Source: Selaginella moellendorffii (taxonomy: Eukaryota; Plantae; Lycopodiophyta). Taken from it: a stretch of 64,000 nt of DNA. Position 1 is the stretch's first letter; the number at the start of each line of letters is the position of its first letter. The stretch is taken from NCBI RefSeq assembly GCF_000143415.4, contig NW_003314263.1, positions 557,035-621,034 on the forward strand, given 5' to 3'. A program made the translations under genes and the position numbers. Below are positions 49,901-63,253 of the stretch, piece after piece. The notes beneath the pieces were generated by a model. It ran no database searches. It saw nothing but the letters and a program-made list of their open reading frames with translations, and had not been told where the DNA came from.

Positions 49901-52900
49901 TCTCAAATTTATGAGTACCAGCCTCAACCATATAAGGGTAATCTTGTGACTCCTTTATTATTTTGGAGTCTGCATCTTTCCCGTGATCCCAACTGTAGTT
50001 GTTTACCACAACTACATAAGCCAGTTTGCTAAGTCAAACGCTCATCTGTATCACATCCTCAACTCTTTGAGGAAACCCTTATACTGTTCCCAAGATCCCA
50101 AAGTCATTCCATTATTGGCCCTTTTCTATCCACCACCGTGTCTACAAGTTCACACATGAACTATAATAGAGAGCCATGTCTTCCCGACATACTACTCCTC
50201 GAGGATAGGCCCACTCCTCGGACCTTCCGATGCCAACACCAATGGTGATATACTTGAGCATCAATAAAGTCAGACTAAGGAACAGCTCCGATACCAAATT
50301 GTAAGCGACTAAATTTTCCATTCTACTTTAGTCACTTAACCACACCTCCGACCACTTGGAGGAGTCTCAATTCACAACCTCCATAAGTCCAATTCAGGAC
50401 TTGGGACTTGCTAGCCCCGAGAATGGCATCCATGCCACTCAACATTTGTACTTGGTCCTAGTGCTCCACGTGTCCGATCCCATGACCGACACTCAAAGGT
50501 ACCACCGACATGGCAGCTTGTTACGCTAAGGCCATGCCCAATCACCTTTGCCACACTGGTGGTCCAATATCACTTGCATCACAGTCTTGGCTCTCCAAGA
50601 CTAGGCAAACCATCTGTGAGTGGTCATCTCATATCCACTCCTTAGCATCCTTAGGATGCCCACCGACAAGGGGAATAGCCTTCCCCAATATCCCTCTGTT
50701 AGTCCCCACTAAGTCCCTTTCTGCCCTTGGCTGTGTTTGCCAACATTGCCACTGGATCGAGGCCCACAGGCCCGACCACTAAGTCCCACGGTCCTCTGGG
50801 ACTTCCTCACCACACGACTATGTCCTTGGTCACTGTCCCAGAGGACTACTCCTCTTCCTTTCCACAGTCTGGGCCTTTGGGACAACATTTCGGAATACCG
50901 GGGCCTTACGCGAGCCACCTGGGTACTCTCCCTGCCTTCCGCCCTTGGGTGCTCTAGCCATGGGCTTAGAGCGAGGTTCCGTTGAGCCACGCCTGGTATC
51001 CAAGTAGGTAGTGCCACCCACACTTGGACTGGGAGCATCGGCCAGTCGATCTCCCGGGGCAACTAGAGCCGGCTCTTGAACACTTCACCAAGCTACCCAG
51101 CTTGTCGGTCCGTGTTCACTCTAGTCTTGGACTTCCCAATGGTCAGCTCATCACCCAACACTGGGTATGGCCTTCCTAGGCCAAACTAGCCTTTCCTGGG
51201 CCAAACTGGCCCTTCCTGGCCAAACTGGCTCCACTGGGCTCCAACCCCCACACTCTCCCTACTATACTTTTGGAATCCCCGGCAGCCCCCCCCCCCCCCC
51301 CCCCTGGGGGACAATCGCTTTGGGCTTCCACCCAACTGCCTGTATTAGTATTTGGACTCAGACTCGGACTCGGTCCCGGTCCCGGTTTCGGACTTGGACT
51401 CGGTCTCGGTCTCGGCTTCGGCCTCGGTCTCGGTCTCGGTCTCGGGTCCATCTCGGACTCCATCTCGGACTCCATCTCGGGTCCATCTCGGACTCCATCT
51501 CGGACTCCATCTCGGGTCCATCTCGGACTCCATCTCGGACTCCATCTCGGGTCCATCTCGGACTCCATCTCGGGTCCATCCCGGACTCCAACTCGGACTC
51601 CAACTCGGACTCCACTTCGGACTCCAACTCGAACTCCACCTCGGACTCCACCTCGGGTCCTTCTCGGACTCCAGTTCGGACTCCAGTTCGGACTCCAACT
51701 CGGGTCCATCTCCGGTCCATCTCAGACACTTCCACGTGTCATGTGTTGGTCCTTTTGGGTCCCTTTTTGGAGCTGCGCTTATTGCTCGCTTCGTGCTCAT
51801 TCCTCGAGCACTTCGCTAGGAGTTCCACTCCCGCTCTCAACCTTTCAAGTCGGAGCTTTTGGCCCAAATGTGTTACACTTGTTTGGCTTTCGCTTCGGCC
51901 ACTACCACGTGGCACCCTTCCGGCTCCACTTTGGGGCCTAGGGATTTTGTGTCTCACAAAGGTCTCCACCTAGGAAATGGAGGTTGTCAATCTGGACAAC
52001 GCTAACAAAATCGATAAGTATGACCAATTTCATCACATGCCTAGTAGCGAACATCACGGCCAGGACCATGTCCTCGTCCTTGTCCTTGGACTCGAGCAGC
52101 AACAGCATCAAGTGGAGCTGAAGGACGTGCAGCGAGAAGTGGAAGAGGTGACGTTTCATAATGTTGTGCCAAGTGAAGAGCATCGTCAAGGGTGGCAGGA
52201 GCAAGTGCATGCACAAGTCTGACAAAATCTTGATGAAGTGCTAGCCACAACATTCCTAGCTTGATCCGCTCCGACATATTTGGCTCCGCACGAAGCAAAA
52301 GACTTCGGAAACAAACGCCAAATTGCATCACCGACTTAGATGGCCCTTGGCGAAGACGATGCAATTGTTGGAAGGCATCATCATAGTTGTCGGCATGTCC
52401 GAAGGCACATTTAAATACGTCTGGGAGAAAACTCCAATCCCCACGAGTGGCTGCGCTCAAACTATTGTACCACTGCAACACCATCCCTTGGAGACACGTG
52501 GGAAACTCACGCAAATGTTGAGTATCATCCCAAGAATAATATGTGGCAATCACCGTGAAGTGATCGAACCAATGGAACACATCATCCCCAGGATTCCCGC
52601 GAAAGAACTCTGGCCGAACGCGAGGATTGGCACCAAGAGCAGGAGGAGTTGTACCACGTGCCGTGAATGATGCCATCAACTGAGTTTGGTTGTTCAATTT
52701 CAAGCACATAGCATTAAGCAACTGTATCAATTGTTGCTCCAGAGTCAAAGGAGGAGATTGTTGATCTACCATGAAGACGAACAAGAAAGAAAGATAAAAA
52801 AAAGAGAAATGACAAAAAGCTAGAAGGAAATGGTAGATCTAGATAATGCAAAAAGCTAGATCTAAACCAAAATCTTTAAAGGAAAGAACAAAAAAAAGGA

Positions 52901-53809
52901 AATGGAAAAAATTAAATTTAGACAATGCAAAAGTTAGATCTAAACCAAAATCCCAAATCCAAACACTCCTCAGAGACAATTAAAGGTGCTCAATGTGAGT
53001 GTTTGGAATATGGAAAGGGAATACAGGAAATATGCATATCAATTAGCCTAAAAACTTTAATTTATATACAAAAGCAAGTGAAACCAATCCGACGGCTATC
53101 AAAATCCCACTACGCTAATATTAATATATGGTATATACACTTAGCCCTCACAAAAAAACTTTAAAAATGATTTTAAAAACATATACTTCTAATTATTTTT
53201 ATTTCATACAAAATTAACAGTTTTATTAACCTTTACAATAACTCACTCACAATTATTCTCAAGCATTTACAAAGGTCAGGAATTTCAATAAGAGCATAGG
53301 CAAATATCCAGATTGCTTCCATACTGTGAGGTAAAAAAGAGACCAATAGCAAGAACTACTTTCACAGATAGTGAGATAATTACTGGGGTATTTTTTCCTC
53401 AAGAACAGGATCATGCTGGGTTTAATTTGATGACTTTGGGCTGATACTCTTAACAGGAGGCTCTTGTATTCGAGATCACAAGTTACTGCAAAAAACAAGC
53501 AAAAATCAAAGGCCAATAAAGTGTTCCAAGAATTTCTGGATGTGCCATGAGACAATTTCCCCCAGCAGGGCTTGAGCTTTGCTGTTGGATAAGATCACCG
53601 TGAAGAATCGGCTAAGCTTCAGGCTCATGGAAGGACCACAGTTAAAATCAATCGAAGTTTAAGCCTGTTACCTTCAGCCTTCTCCTCTGCCTTCTCGGAA
53701 ATTCACGTAGGTACCTTGAACACGCTCTTTATGTTATAAAACGCGACGCGTCATTCAATCAAACCTCATTCCATTCGCATTTCCAATTTTCCTTCTCAAT
53801 TTTCCAGCC

Positions 53810-54543
53810 ATGGCTTCTCGCGATCAAGAGGTGACACTGCTCAGCGCTTGGCCCAGCCCCTATTCCATGCGAGTCAAGCTTGCACTAGCGCTCAAAGGCA
53901 TCGAGCACGAAGATCTCCCCCAAGACCTTGGCAACAAGAGCAAGATCCTGCTCGAATCCAATCCAGTTCACAAGAAGATCCCGGTTCTCATCCACAAGGG
54001 CAAGCCCATCCTGGAATCGGCCATCATTATCCACTACATCGACGAGGTCTGGCCCGAAACAAGCCCACTCTTGCCTCAGGACGCATTCCTTCGCGCACAG
54101 CACCGCTTCTGGAGCGATTTCATCGACAAAAAGGTATGGATTCTCTTACTAGAAATCTGCTGCTACGGGTTTCATACTCTTCTTGCTTATCGATCACACA
54201 GCTTTCCGACTCCTTGATACGATTCTTTTTGAGTAACGGTGACGCGGCCGTGAACGAGGAGTTCAACCAAAACTGTTTGCTTGTCGAGGGAGCTCTGGCG
54301 GAGCTGGGCAGTGAGGAAGAGGGCCCCTTCTTTGGTGGCGCGAGCATGTCGTTCTTGGATGTGCTGCTGGCACCCTATGCGGTGTGGATCCCAGGAGTTG
54401 AGCAAGCGATGGGCTTGAAGCCCGCGAAATGCCCGCGTTTCCACAAGCTCTTGACGGCCGCGTCCGAGCATCCCTCGGCCAAAGTGGCGCTGCCGCAAGT
54501 CGAGAAGCTCAAGGAGTATATCGCGGGCTTCTCGAGCAAGTGA
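53810..54543 (+). CDS. GSTU: Glutathione S-transferase, tau class (copy 2), 2 exons
   Basis: Near-identical to 15244-15980 with the same intron. Confidence 0.96.
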
Positions 54544-55589
54544 GCGATGACTGTTTACAAAATCTAATAAACCTTTGCCCGACTGCCCTGGAAGAAGATT
54601 GGAGTCAAGACGTTAGTGTCCTCCTTGCAGATTGTGCTAGTCCTTGAGTTACAGAATCCCAGTGATCGCCGGAGAAGAGGAGCTGGTCTTGCCTGAGCAC
54701 GCCAGTGAGCAACGCCAAGACATCCTGGATTTCTTCCACTTCCCCACTTGCCAATTAAATTAAAAAAACATATTCTAGAATTCTATAACTGTATTATTAT
54801 ATTTATAACTCATTATACACACAGTTCCTTTCAAATATAATTGCAATTGTTAAGCTTAAAGAGGATAAATTTGTTTAAGCCCTCTAAGTTTAATGAGGAA
54901 TTTAAAATTTTCAGATTTTTAATACTTGAAATTAAAAATAAAAGTGTGAGTGCTTGGAATATAGAAAGGGAATATAGAAAATGTGCTAATCCTTAGTTAC
55001 AGAATCCCAGTGATCGCCCTAGAAGAGGAGCTAACTGAAACCCTTTTAGGGTCCACTTTTAATCTAATGACTCGAATCATATCTAGTTAGTAAACATTGT
55101 TTTGAATGTTATAATTTTGTTAAACTGGAAACTCAAATTAGAATAATATCAAAACAATAAATATTCCACAAATGTGTTTCCTCAAAGGAAATTATCAAAT
55201 TCGTTAAAGGAAGTTAGAGGGAATTATCATATCCAAATGATAAAGTCTCCATTGCAAAAGGTTAAATGTTAATGCCGGTCAACCCTTTACATGTGACCCA
55301 CGTCACAGCGCCTTCTTCTCTAAACCCTTTAACAGTTACTTCTTATCTGACGGCTGCCATTGGGTAGATCAGAAAGTTTGCCACTCCTCATTATTATATC
55401 ATTGTTATAGATGCTTAGCCATGATCAAGAGCATTTCCTTGAAGAATAACGAATAGAATGAGATTCGCAAGTAAGCATACCATGAGATTCGCAAGGCCCC
55501 TTATACCAGGAGGAACAAACTCTATGGCACAAAGAGTGAGTACCACAATGGAACTTTAATAGAGAAGAACGCTCACCTCGTTGGAGACC

Positions 55590-57178
55590 ATGGAGTTCTT
55601 AGTTGGTTTTGCAATTCTCTTGATCTTGGTTGTCTTCTCAAGCGTGTTCTACCTGAGAGTAGCATCGCAATCGCCATCACTCCCCACTCCACTGCCGATC
55701 ATCGGCCATCTTTACCTCTTGGGAAAGCTCCCTCACCACTCTCTCCTCGCGATTGCTCGAAAGTATGGCCCCCTCGTCAAGCTCCGGCTTGGCTCGGTTC
55801 CCGTGGTGATCGCGTCAAGCCCCGAGATGGCGAGAGAGTTTCTAAGAAACCAGGATCTCACCTTTGCATCGAGGCCGACGTTGCTCACCACGAAGTACAT
55901 CCTCTACGACTCCAAGGACATGGTTTTTGCTCCATACGGCGAGCACTGGAGGAGCATGAGGAAGCTGTGCGTCGTGGAGCTCCTGACGGACCGTCGCCTC
56001 GCCTCGTCGCACCAGGCAAGGCTCGAAGAGCTACAGAGATTGTTAGCGAAGATCGCAAAAGTTGCGGAGACGAGCAAACCTTTCGTGCTGCTAGATCTGC
56101 TGACGGAGTTTACGTTCAACGTCATCACCCGGATGGTGATGAACAAGGCTTACTTTGGATCCGGAGAGACGACGGAGGAGCTCGCGGCCACCAGAGACTT
56201 CATCCATATGCAAGAGCAAGGAACCATTCTTCTCGGGGAGTTCCACATCGGCGACTACATCCCGTTTCTCAAGTGGTTCGACTCGAGCGTCGCCAAGATG
56301 AAAGCCCTGCACAAGATCCAGGACGAGTTCCTGCAAAAAGTGGTCGATCAGCACGTCCTTGCGAGGCAAAGCAGAGAACAAACTCAAGCTCACGATGGAG
56401 GTGGAGATTTCGTCGACACACTCTTGTCTCTAGACTCTCCAGATCCAAACAATCAAGCTAGAAACATCAAGGCACTCATCCAGGTACTCTAAAAGGAGAA
56501 AGAAAGAAAAAATCCATACCTTGGAAGTTCTTCCATGTTGTGTTCTTACTCTTTCTCCTCGTCTAGAATCTCTTGGGAGCTGGAACAGACACCTCCATTA
56601 CCACGATCCAATGGGCAATGGCGGAGCTGCTAAACAATCCCAGAGCCCTGGAGAAAGCACAGGAAGAATTACGCGCGAAATTCGGCAATGCCCGCCAGGA
56701 AATCATCCAAGAACACGAGCTAAAAGATCTACCATACCTCCACGCAGTGATCAAGGAGACCTTCCGCCTCCATCCGCCAGCGCCGCTCCTCATCCCCCAC
56801 CAATCCACCCAAGACACCACCGTCGCGGGCCTCGCCATCGCCAAGGGCACGCGCCTCTTCGTCAATGTCTATGCCATCGGCCGAGACCCTGCCCTGTGGA
56901 AATCCCCCGACGATTTCCTCCCGGAGCGGTTCCTGGGATCCAGCATTGACGTCCACGGCAAGAATTTCGAGCTCCTCCCGTTTGGATCGGGACGGCGCGG
57001 CTGCCCTGGCATGGCGCTGGGATTGATCACTGTCCAGCTCGCCCTCGCGAATCTGCTGCATCGATTCCAGTGGAGCTTGGCGCCGGGCGTGGACGCGCAT
57101 CCCATGGCCGAGTGCTTCGGCGTCGTCACCACCATGGAAATCCCACTCCGCGCTCGAGCAAGCCCTAATAAGGATTGA
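55590..57178 (+). CDS. Cytochrome P450, CYP71 clan; intron 56484-56566
   Basis: TM anchor, PLPIIGHL, WRSMRK, AGTDT, ETFR, PERF, PFGSGRRGCPG; A-type intron just before the I-helix. Confidence 0.96.
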
Positions 57179-57962
57179 TACGTTCTAAATATTTTCAAAT
57201 GTATTCCAGGTGAAATTCTAGTGTTTCTTTAGTTTTTTTTTTTTTTTTTTTTTGAGCTTTCTTTTTCTTATAGAGGAAGGAACCAGCTTGGATCAGCAAA
57301 GCTTTGTATAGTTTCTGAATTCTTTTTTAAATCTCCTAATGCTTGAATTGCGAAGGAAAGAAATAGTCAAGCGACTAATGTACAAATGAGCAGTCAATCT
57401 TTTGTAACTTTGACAAGCTTGGTTTGGTTGTTAGCAGGATTTTTTGTGCAAGAGTTTAAGTTCTATTTGATATCATCAGCTTGAGTTCTATTTGACTGAG
57501 CATGTATAAAGTCTCACTGGGGTTACAAGGGGCAATGTGGTGTAAGAAATGGAAGCAACAGGCCTGATCATCTTGCTGCTCCTCACTGTTTCTCAGGGTA
57601 GTTATTGTTGATGAATCTTTTCTTTTCCCGTTTCATTGACAGCTTTCTGTGGATGGTTTCAGGTATGTTGCCTGAGCAGGCGGTAGCGTTTAGAACACTC
57701 AAGCAATGTAAATCTCTCTCTGGATTCATCCTCTCAATCACTGCTATTGGTTGTTGTTTTTGCAGTCTGTCCACAAGTGTGCACATACACTTCTGTTGTG
57801 TGTAATGGCGTGACCAGGGATAGAGTCTGCTATAGCGACTGCAACTTACCAGCAAATTGCACTGGATGTAGGGGTGCTTGCTCCTGATATGGAGCACAAT
57901 CTATAATAATCGCCAAGGTGAAGGATGTTGTGCTTGTATTTTGATCATGAATTTACTCTGAG

Positions 57963-58045
57963 AAAAATGCATACCTTTAGAAGTTCTTCTGGGTTGTGTT
58001 TTTCTTTCCTCTGCACTTGGGAGCTGGAACAGACACGTCCATCAT
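57963..58045 (+). pseudogene. Small duplicated fragment of the P450 intron/exon-2 junction
   Basis: cttgggagctggaacagacac (LGAGTDT) preceded by sequence resembling intron 56510-56566. Confidence 0.7.
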
Positions 58046-58863
58046 CGCATGCATACCTCAGAAGTTCTTACGTGTTGCGTTATTCTTTTCTATTTTTTTT
58101 CCCCGGAATTTCGGGCAGTCCCCATTTCTAGGGTTTCTCAATTCTAGGGCTTCTAGGCATTCACCAGTCCCTCACGCCATACAAGTAATTTCCCCCCACG
58201 TTAACATCGCCTTATGCGGGCTGGACTTCTGCGATGATTTGCTCGGTTGTATGCCACCTTTTTAGTATTGTTCGCTCTGATAGATTGTGCTGAGGTGGCA
58301 ACCAAATCTGTAACTAAAAGGACTTTTCTATCTTTAATTTGAATGGCTTTTGTGAAGATGCTTACTGGACAATGTGCTTGATCCTTGCCTTTTGACTGAG
58401 GGGATGGAGATGCTCCTTTCTCCACCCAGCAGCAAAGTAGCTCTAGATTTGAGCATATTTGATCCTCAGCAAAGTGAGTGGATGTAAACATTTTTCTTGG
58501 ATAGTAGTGTGGGTGTTATTTTGAAGGTCAGAATGCAGTTAGGCAGGATTAAGAAAGTGATTTTCAAATTTGGGCATCCTGAGTGCAATAAAGATCCTAA
58601 AAAATATTCTCCCACCCGGATTTAAGAAAAAACTAAATGTCATAATCAAGTTAAAATTTTTCATTGTGACTTCTAAAAAAAAAGGATAAATAGTCATAAA
58701 ACAAAAATCCTTTTTAACTAGTCATATGTATGTCTCAATGTATTTATATATGTATATATATTTCTACTAGCAAAGAATCTAGTTACTCTGGACTAAATAG
58801 AAAAAAATATTCAAAGATGCTTCATTAGGATAATGAACTTTATAAGATTACGAGGAAATGAAA

Positions 58864-59902
58864 TTTATGGTGTGCAATTTGTAAAGCAAGCTAAAAGCGA
58901 GTTACAAAGGAAGACAAAAAAATTGAAACAAATTCAAAAGAATTCAAACTAAATAAAACGAAATCCAATAAAGACAAATGAATTAAAACAAATTACAACA
59001 AAAACAAAAAAACACGTGGCAGCTCGTGATTGGCTCGGAAATACTTTGAGCAGGGTTCTAGAATATTCACTCGCATCTTTGGGGGGTTGTGAATAAGCCA
59101 TGAATGGGGCAAATGCTGGCGGGATAATCAGCTTTATGGCACAGTTGAGCGCAGAGCAGTGACGGAGAGTCATACGATTCAGATAGAAGTTTCTGGTGAA
59201 GTACTCAGTGAGAGAGAATGGCAAGGCCGAGGTGAAGTACTCAGTGTTTTTTTCGCTGCAACGAGGAATGGAGGTTCATCGTCAAGCCGAGACTGGGATG
59301 AGAACAGATCCTATCCTTTGCAATGTCTACGTGGGAAATGCACATGTACGTGAAGTGCCAGGTGCTCAAGAGGTGTGATACCATTTGGTTTTATGCCAGA
59401 TCACGAAAAGTTTTCCTTGCAACCTTTGTTTTCACAGTGAAAGATATCCAAGTGGAGCCAGCACTTTTGTGGCTTCTCAAGAACGCTAGCCCGGAAGGAC
59501 AAGAGATAACTAAGCTTGTGAGACGACAGGACACTGATACGTTGAGCCAGCTCACGGCCCTGCTTGTCAGGGAGTTATCTTCAAAGAAGCACGTACTGGC
59601 TGCTTGCTCGCTCTAGTTGCGAACAAGACATGGGCAAGGAAGGAGCTGCTGGATACCTCTCGTCCAAAAGGCAACGAGACCTCTAAACAAGCTCGTCAAG
59701 AACATCAACGAGGAGGAGCCAGGGACGATCAACGTTGCTACTCAGGCGGCATTAGCTCTGGCTGTAATTAGTTTGTTTTCATTTGATGTCGTTTGATTTC
59801 GTTTGAATTCTTGAATTCGTTTCAACTCTTTTTAAAATCGTTTCAATTTGTTTGTCTTTGTTTGTAACTTGCTTTTAGCTTACTTATGAATTGCACGCCA
59901 TA
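58864..59902. mobile_element. About 1-kb element with about 140-bp imperfect inverted ends and a coding-like interior (Pack-MULE/foldback-like)
   Basis: 58864-58997 is the approximate reverse complement of 59763-59902 (atggYgtgcaatt...agctaaaagcRagttacaaa...ttgaaac...aattaca); TSD not found. Confidence 0.6.
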
Positions 59903-60734
59903 GAAAGTATCTTTGAACTTTGCTAGGTCCATCTTAAATATCTAATTAAATTTCTAGATATTTATGTAAAATTTTGTATGTTAATTGAGATTATCAAGGA
60001 TTGATAGAAGTGAAATCATTTGGAGATCAGCCAATATAAGTTGCTAAAACTTTCAAGCTAATGACAATAAACAATTGAAATCTTTTCTATATGCATTTGC
60101 ATGTAAATCTCCTCACTTGTGCTGGCCTTGAAATATGTTCTCTCGATATCATTCCAGTTAGAGGCTCACTAGCTCAGCACAATGGGAAAACCTGACAATT
60201 TTCTCTATTAGTGTTAATGCTCAAGCAATTGAAACTTTTCCATTCTGGGAGCACATTGAGCTTGACTCATTTTCAAAATGTACTGCACCATAAACAACAC
60301 ATATGGATGATATATTTTCAATATTAAACATATATGCTGTATGGTTATTATAATTCTTTTGATGTGCTAGTTTATAAATAGTATAATTTGATGATTACTG
60401 CATTTGTATTAGTTTCATTAGCATTTTCAAGGTCTATATTTGTATGAGCTTCATTAGCATGTGCTATGTTTGTATTAGCATCATCAAAATCTGAAGTAAT
60501 TTTTGCATTAGCATCTTCAAAGTTTAGATTAGTTTCTTCATTAGCATCTTCAAGGTTGTTATGAGTATAAATATGTGTGCTAGTGTCAATAGTTAGAAGC
60601 AACTGGTGACATATACCTCTTAATACTTCGCAAAGCCGAAGCATACTTGGTAGGGAGGAAGTTGTGTTCAATAAGTAGCAGTAGAAGTGAAGCATGAATC
60701 TAAAAGAAAATCAAAGTACTTATCTCAAATTTTT

Positions 60735-61165
60735 CATAGATTTCATGTATAGGTTGTGCTCCTATTTTGCAAAATTAGTCTTCATTTTATTTTATTTTTT
60801 TATTTTTTCCAGTGTAATAATGTGAGTTTTGGCTTTTATTGGCCTGGAAAATGTATGCTAGTCCTTTGTCTAGATTTCATTTCTTGCTAGATTAGTGTTG
60901 ATGAAACTTCCCTTCCTCTATAGTTCAAGGCATGTATTGGTGAGCCTGTGACATGTTCACATTTTATTTTTTTGTTTTATTTTTTCCAGTGTAAGAATGT
61001 GAGTTTTGGCTTTTATTGGCCTGGAAAATGTATGCTAGTCCTCCATCTAGATTTCATGTATAGATTTTGCTCCTATTTTGTAAAATTAGTCTTCATTTGA
61101 TGAAGACTAAGATTAGTGTTGATGAAACTTCCCTTCCTCTATAGTTTGAGGCATGTATTGGTGAA
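60735..61165. repeat. Imperfect tandem duplication of about 180-220 bp AT-rich blocks
   Basis: tccagtgtaa..gagttttggcttttattggcctggaaaatgtatgctagtcc and gattagtgttgatgaaacttcccttcctctatagtt each occur twice. Confidence 0.8.
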
Positions 61166-61169
61166 TGAG

Positions 61170-63250
61170 TCTCTAAAAAGGGACATAAAAAGGACTAATA
61201 CATAGCAAGTGTTAGGACACATGGAAGTGTTAGGACACATGGAAGTGTTAGGAATGAGTTCAAAAAGAAGTTCGAGCAGGAGTCCAAAAAAAAGTCTGAG
61301 ATGGACTTCGAGAAGGAATCCAAAATGGAGTTTGATATAGACTTAAGATAGACTCAAGATGGAGTTTGAGATGGACCTGAGATGGAGTTTGAGGTTGAGT
61401 TTAAGATGGAACTTAGATGGAGTTTGAGGTTAAGTCCGAGATGGAGACCGAGACTAGATCCAAGGTCAATTCCAAGGTCAAGGCCAAGATCGAGATCGAG
61501 ACCGAAACCGAATTCGAGACCAAGTCCAAGTCCAAGTCCGAGTTTGAATCTGAGTCTGAGTCTGAGTTTAAAGGTGAAAGCCCAAAATGATCATCTCCCA
61601 GACCCTAAGGGGTTTGGTGAGCTCCAAAAGTATAGTAGAAGGAGGACTTCAGTGGAGCTAATTTGGCCAGGAAAGGCCATTGTGACCAAGGACGGTTATA
61701 CTTATGTAGTAGGTGATTATATAACCATTGAGGAGTCCAAGGCTAGAATAAATAGATGAATAAGTGGGGTAACTTGGTGAAGTGTTCAAGAGCCAGCTCT
61801 AATTTCTCCAGGAGATCTAATGGTCAATGCTCTCAATCCAAATGTGGGTGGCACTACCTACTTGGATAACTAGCATGGCTCATCAGAACCTTGCTCTAGC
61901 CATATGGCTAGGGCACCCAAAGGCAGAAGGTGGGGAGAGTAACCACGAGGCTCATGTAGAGCCATGGTGTTTCGAAATGTTGTCCCAAAGTCTTAGACTG
62001 TGGAAAGGAAGAAGAGCAGTCCTCTTGTGTAGTGACCAAAGGTATGGTCACGTGGTGAGGAAGTCCCAGATGTCAATGGGATTTAGTGGTTAGGCTTTCA
62101 GGCCCTGACTTAGTGGTAGTGTTGGCAAGCACTGCCGTAGGCAGAGTGGGACTTGGTGGGGACTGAAGAAGGGACATTAGGAAAGGGTGTTCCCCATGTC
62201 TTCAGACATCCTAAGGGTGCTAAGCTATGGTTCTAGAATGACCACCCATAAATGGATAGCCTAGTCTTTGAGAGATGGGATTGTAGTATGGGTGGTCTTG
62301 GACTACTAATAAGACAAGGGTAAATAGACATGACTTTAGTGTAACAGACTAATAAGTTGGTAGTACCTTTGGGGTGTCTGTTAGGAGATTGGATATATAG
62401 AGCACTTGGACTAAGTGCGAAGGCTAAGTGGCATAGATACCATTCATGGGGATAGCATGTCCCCAAGTTCAGAATAGGACTTATAGAGATTGTGAGTGAG
62501 ACTCCTCCAAGTGGTCAAAGATGTGGTTAAGTAATTAAAGTATAATGGAAAATTTAGTCACTTACAATTTGATTGAAATTGTTCCTTAGTCCGGCTTTTA
62601 TTGGTGGTTAAGAATATCACCACTTGATATTGGCATTGGAAGGTCCCAAAAGTGGGTCCATCCTCAAGGAGTAGCATGTCGAGAGGGCATGATTCTCCAC
62701 TTGAGTTCATACATAAACGTGTATGCAATGTGATGGATAGAAAGGGGCTAATAAGGGAATGATTTTAAGTTCTTGGGAATAATAGAAGGTTTTCCTCATA
62801 GAGTTGAGGATGTGATCTATATAAGCGTTTGACTTAGTAAATTGGCTAATATAGTTGTGGTAAACAACTATTGTTAAGATCACGAAAATGATGGAAACTC
62901 CTAGACGATAAAGGAGTTATAAGATTATCCTTATATAATTAAAGATGGTGCTCAAAAATTTGAAATTGGAATTAGTGACTATAGGAGGTCAAATATGGAT
63001 GAGGACACGGGTCTTTGAAATGATAGCCAGGGTTAGTTTTAATAAATGCTGGAACATCCTAGGGAGTTGGGGGTGTACTTAGAGAGGATGAGTTAAAATT
63101 TTCATCATATGGATAGATAGTCTTAAAGGGCAAAAGTAACCCACATGGAACAAAGAATAATCAAGTGTTAGAGTAACACTTGCAAAGAGGGTCCTTTTGA
63201 GTTGAATATAAAAAATTGTGTTCTAGCAAGCTAGCACCTCAAAAGTAGCC
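61170..63250 (+). mobile_element. Old decayed B-family LTR plus leader
   Basis: Colinear with about 29130-31460 with heavy C>T/G>A decay; LTR ends ..cttaca at about 62566. Confidence 0.85.
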
Positions 63251-63253
63251 ATG

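Larger units (their letters stand above)
20064..51958 (-). mobile_element. LTR element B (long LTRs, no intact ORF; non-autonomous or decayed) inserted in A2 gag
   Basis: TSD AAGGT at 20059-20063 and 51959-51963; 5' LTR 50300-51958 with tRNA-iMet PBS TGGTATCGGAGC; 3' LTR 22146-23946. Confidence 0.92.
16382..53152 (-). mobile_element. Degenerate copy (A2) of the same gypsy family, split by about 32 kb of nested insertions
   Basis: LTRs 16382-16557 and 52994-53152; decayed pol 16560-20063 and gag 51959-52772; TSD AAAG/AAAA inferred from the empty site at about 14575; PBS deleted. Confidence 0.93.

Noticed and set aside
60372-60695. 107-aa ORF with LEDANEETN-like repeats
   Set aside because: Short degenerate tandem repeat with no recognisable domain or gene structure
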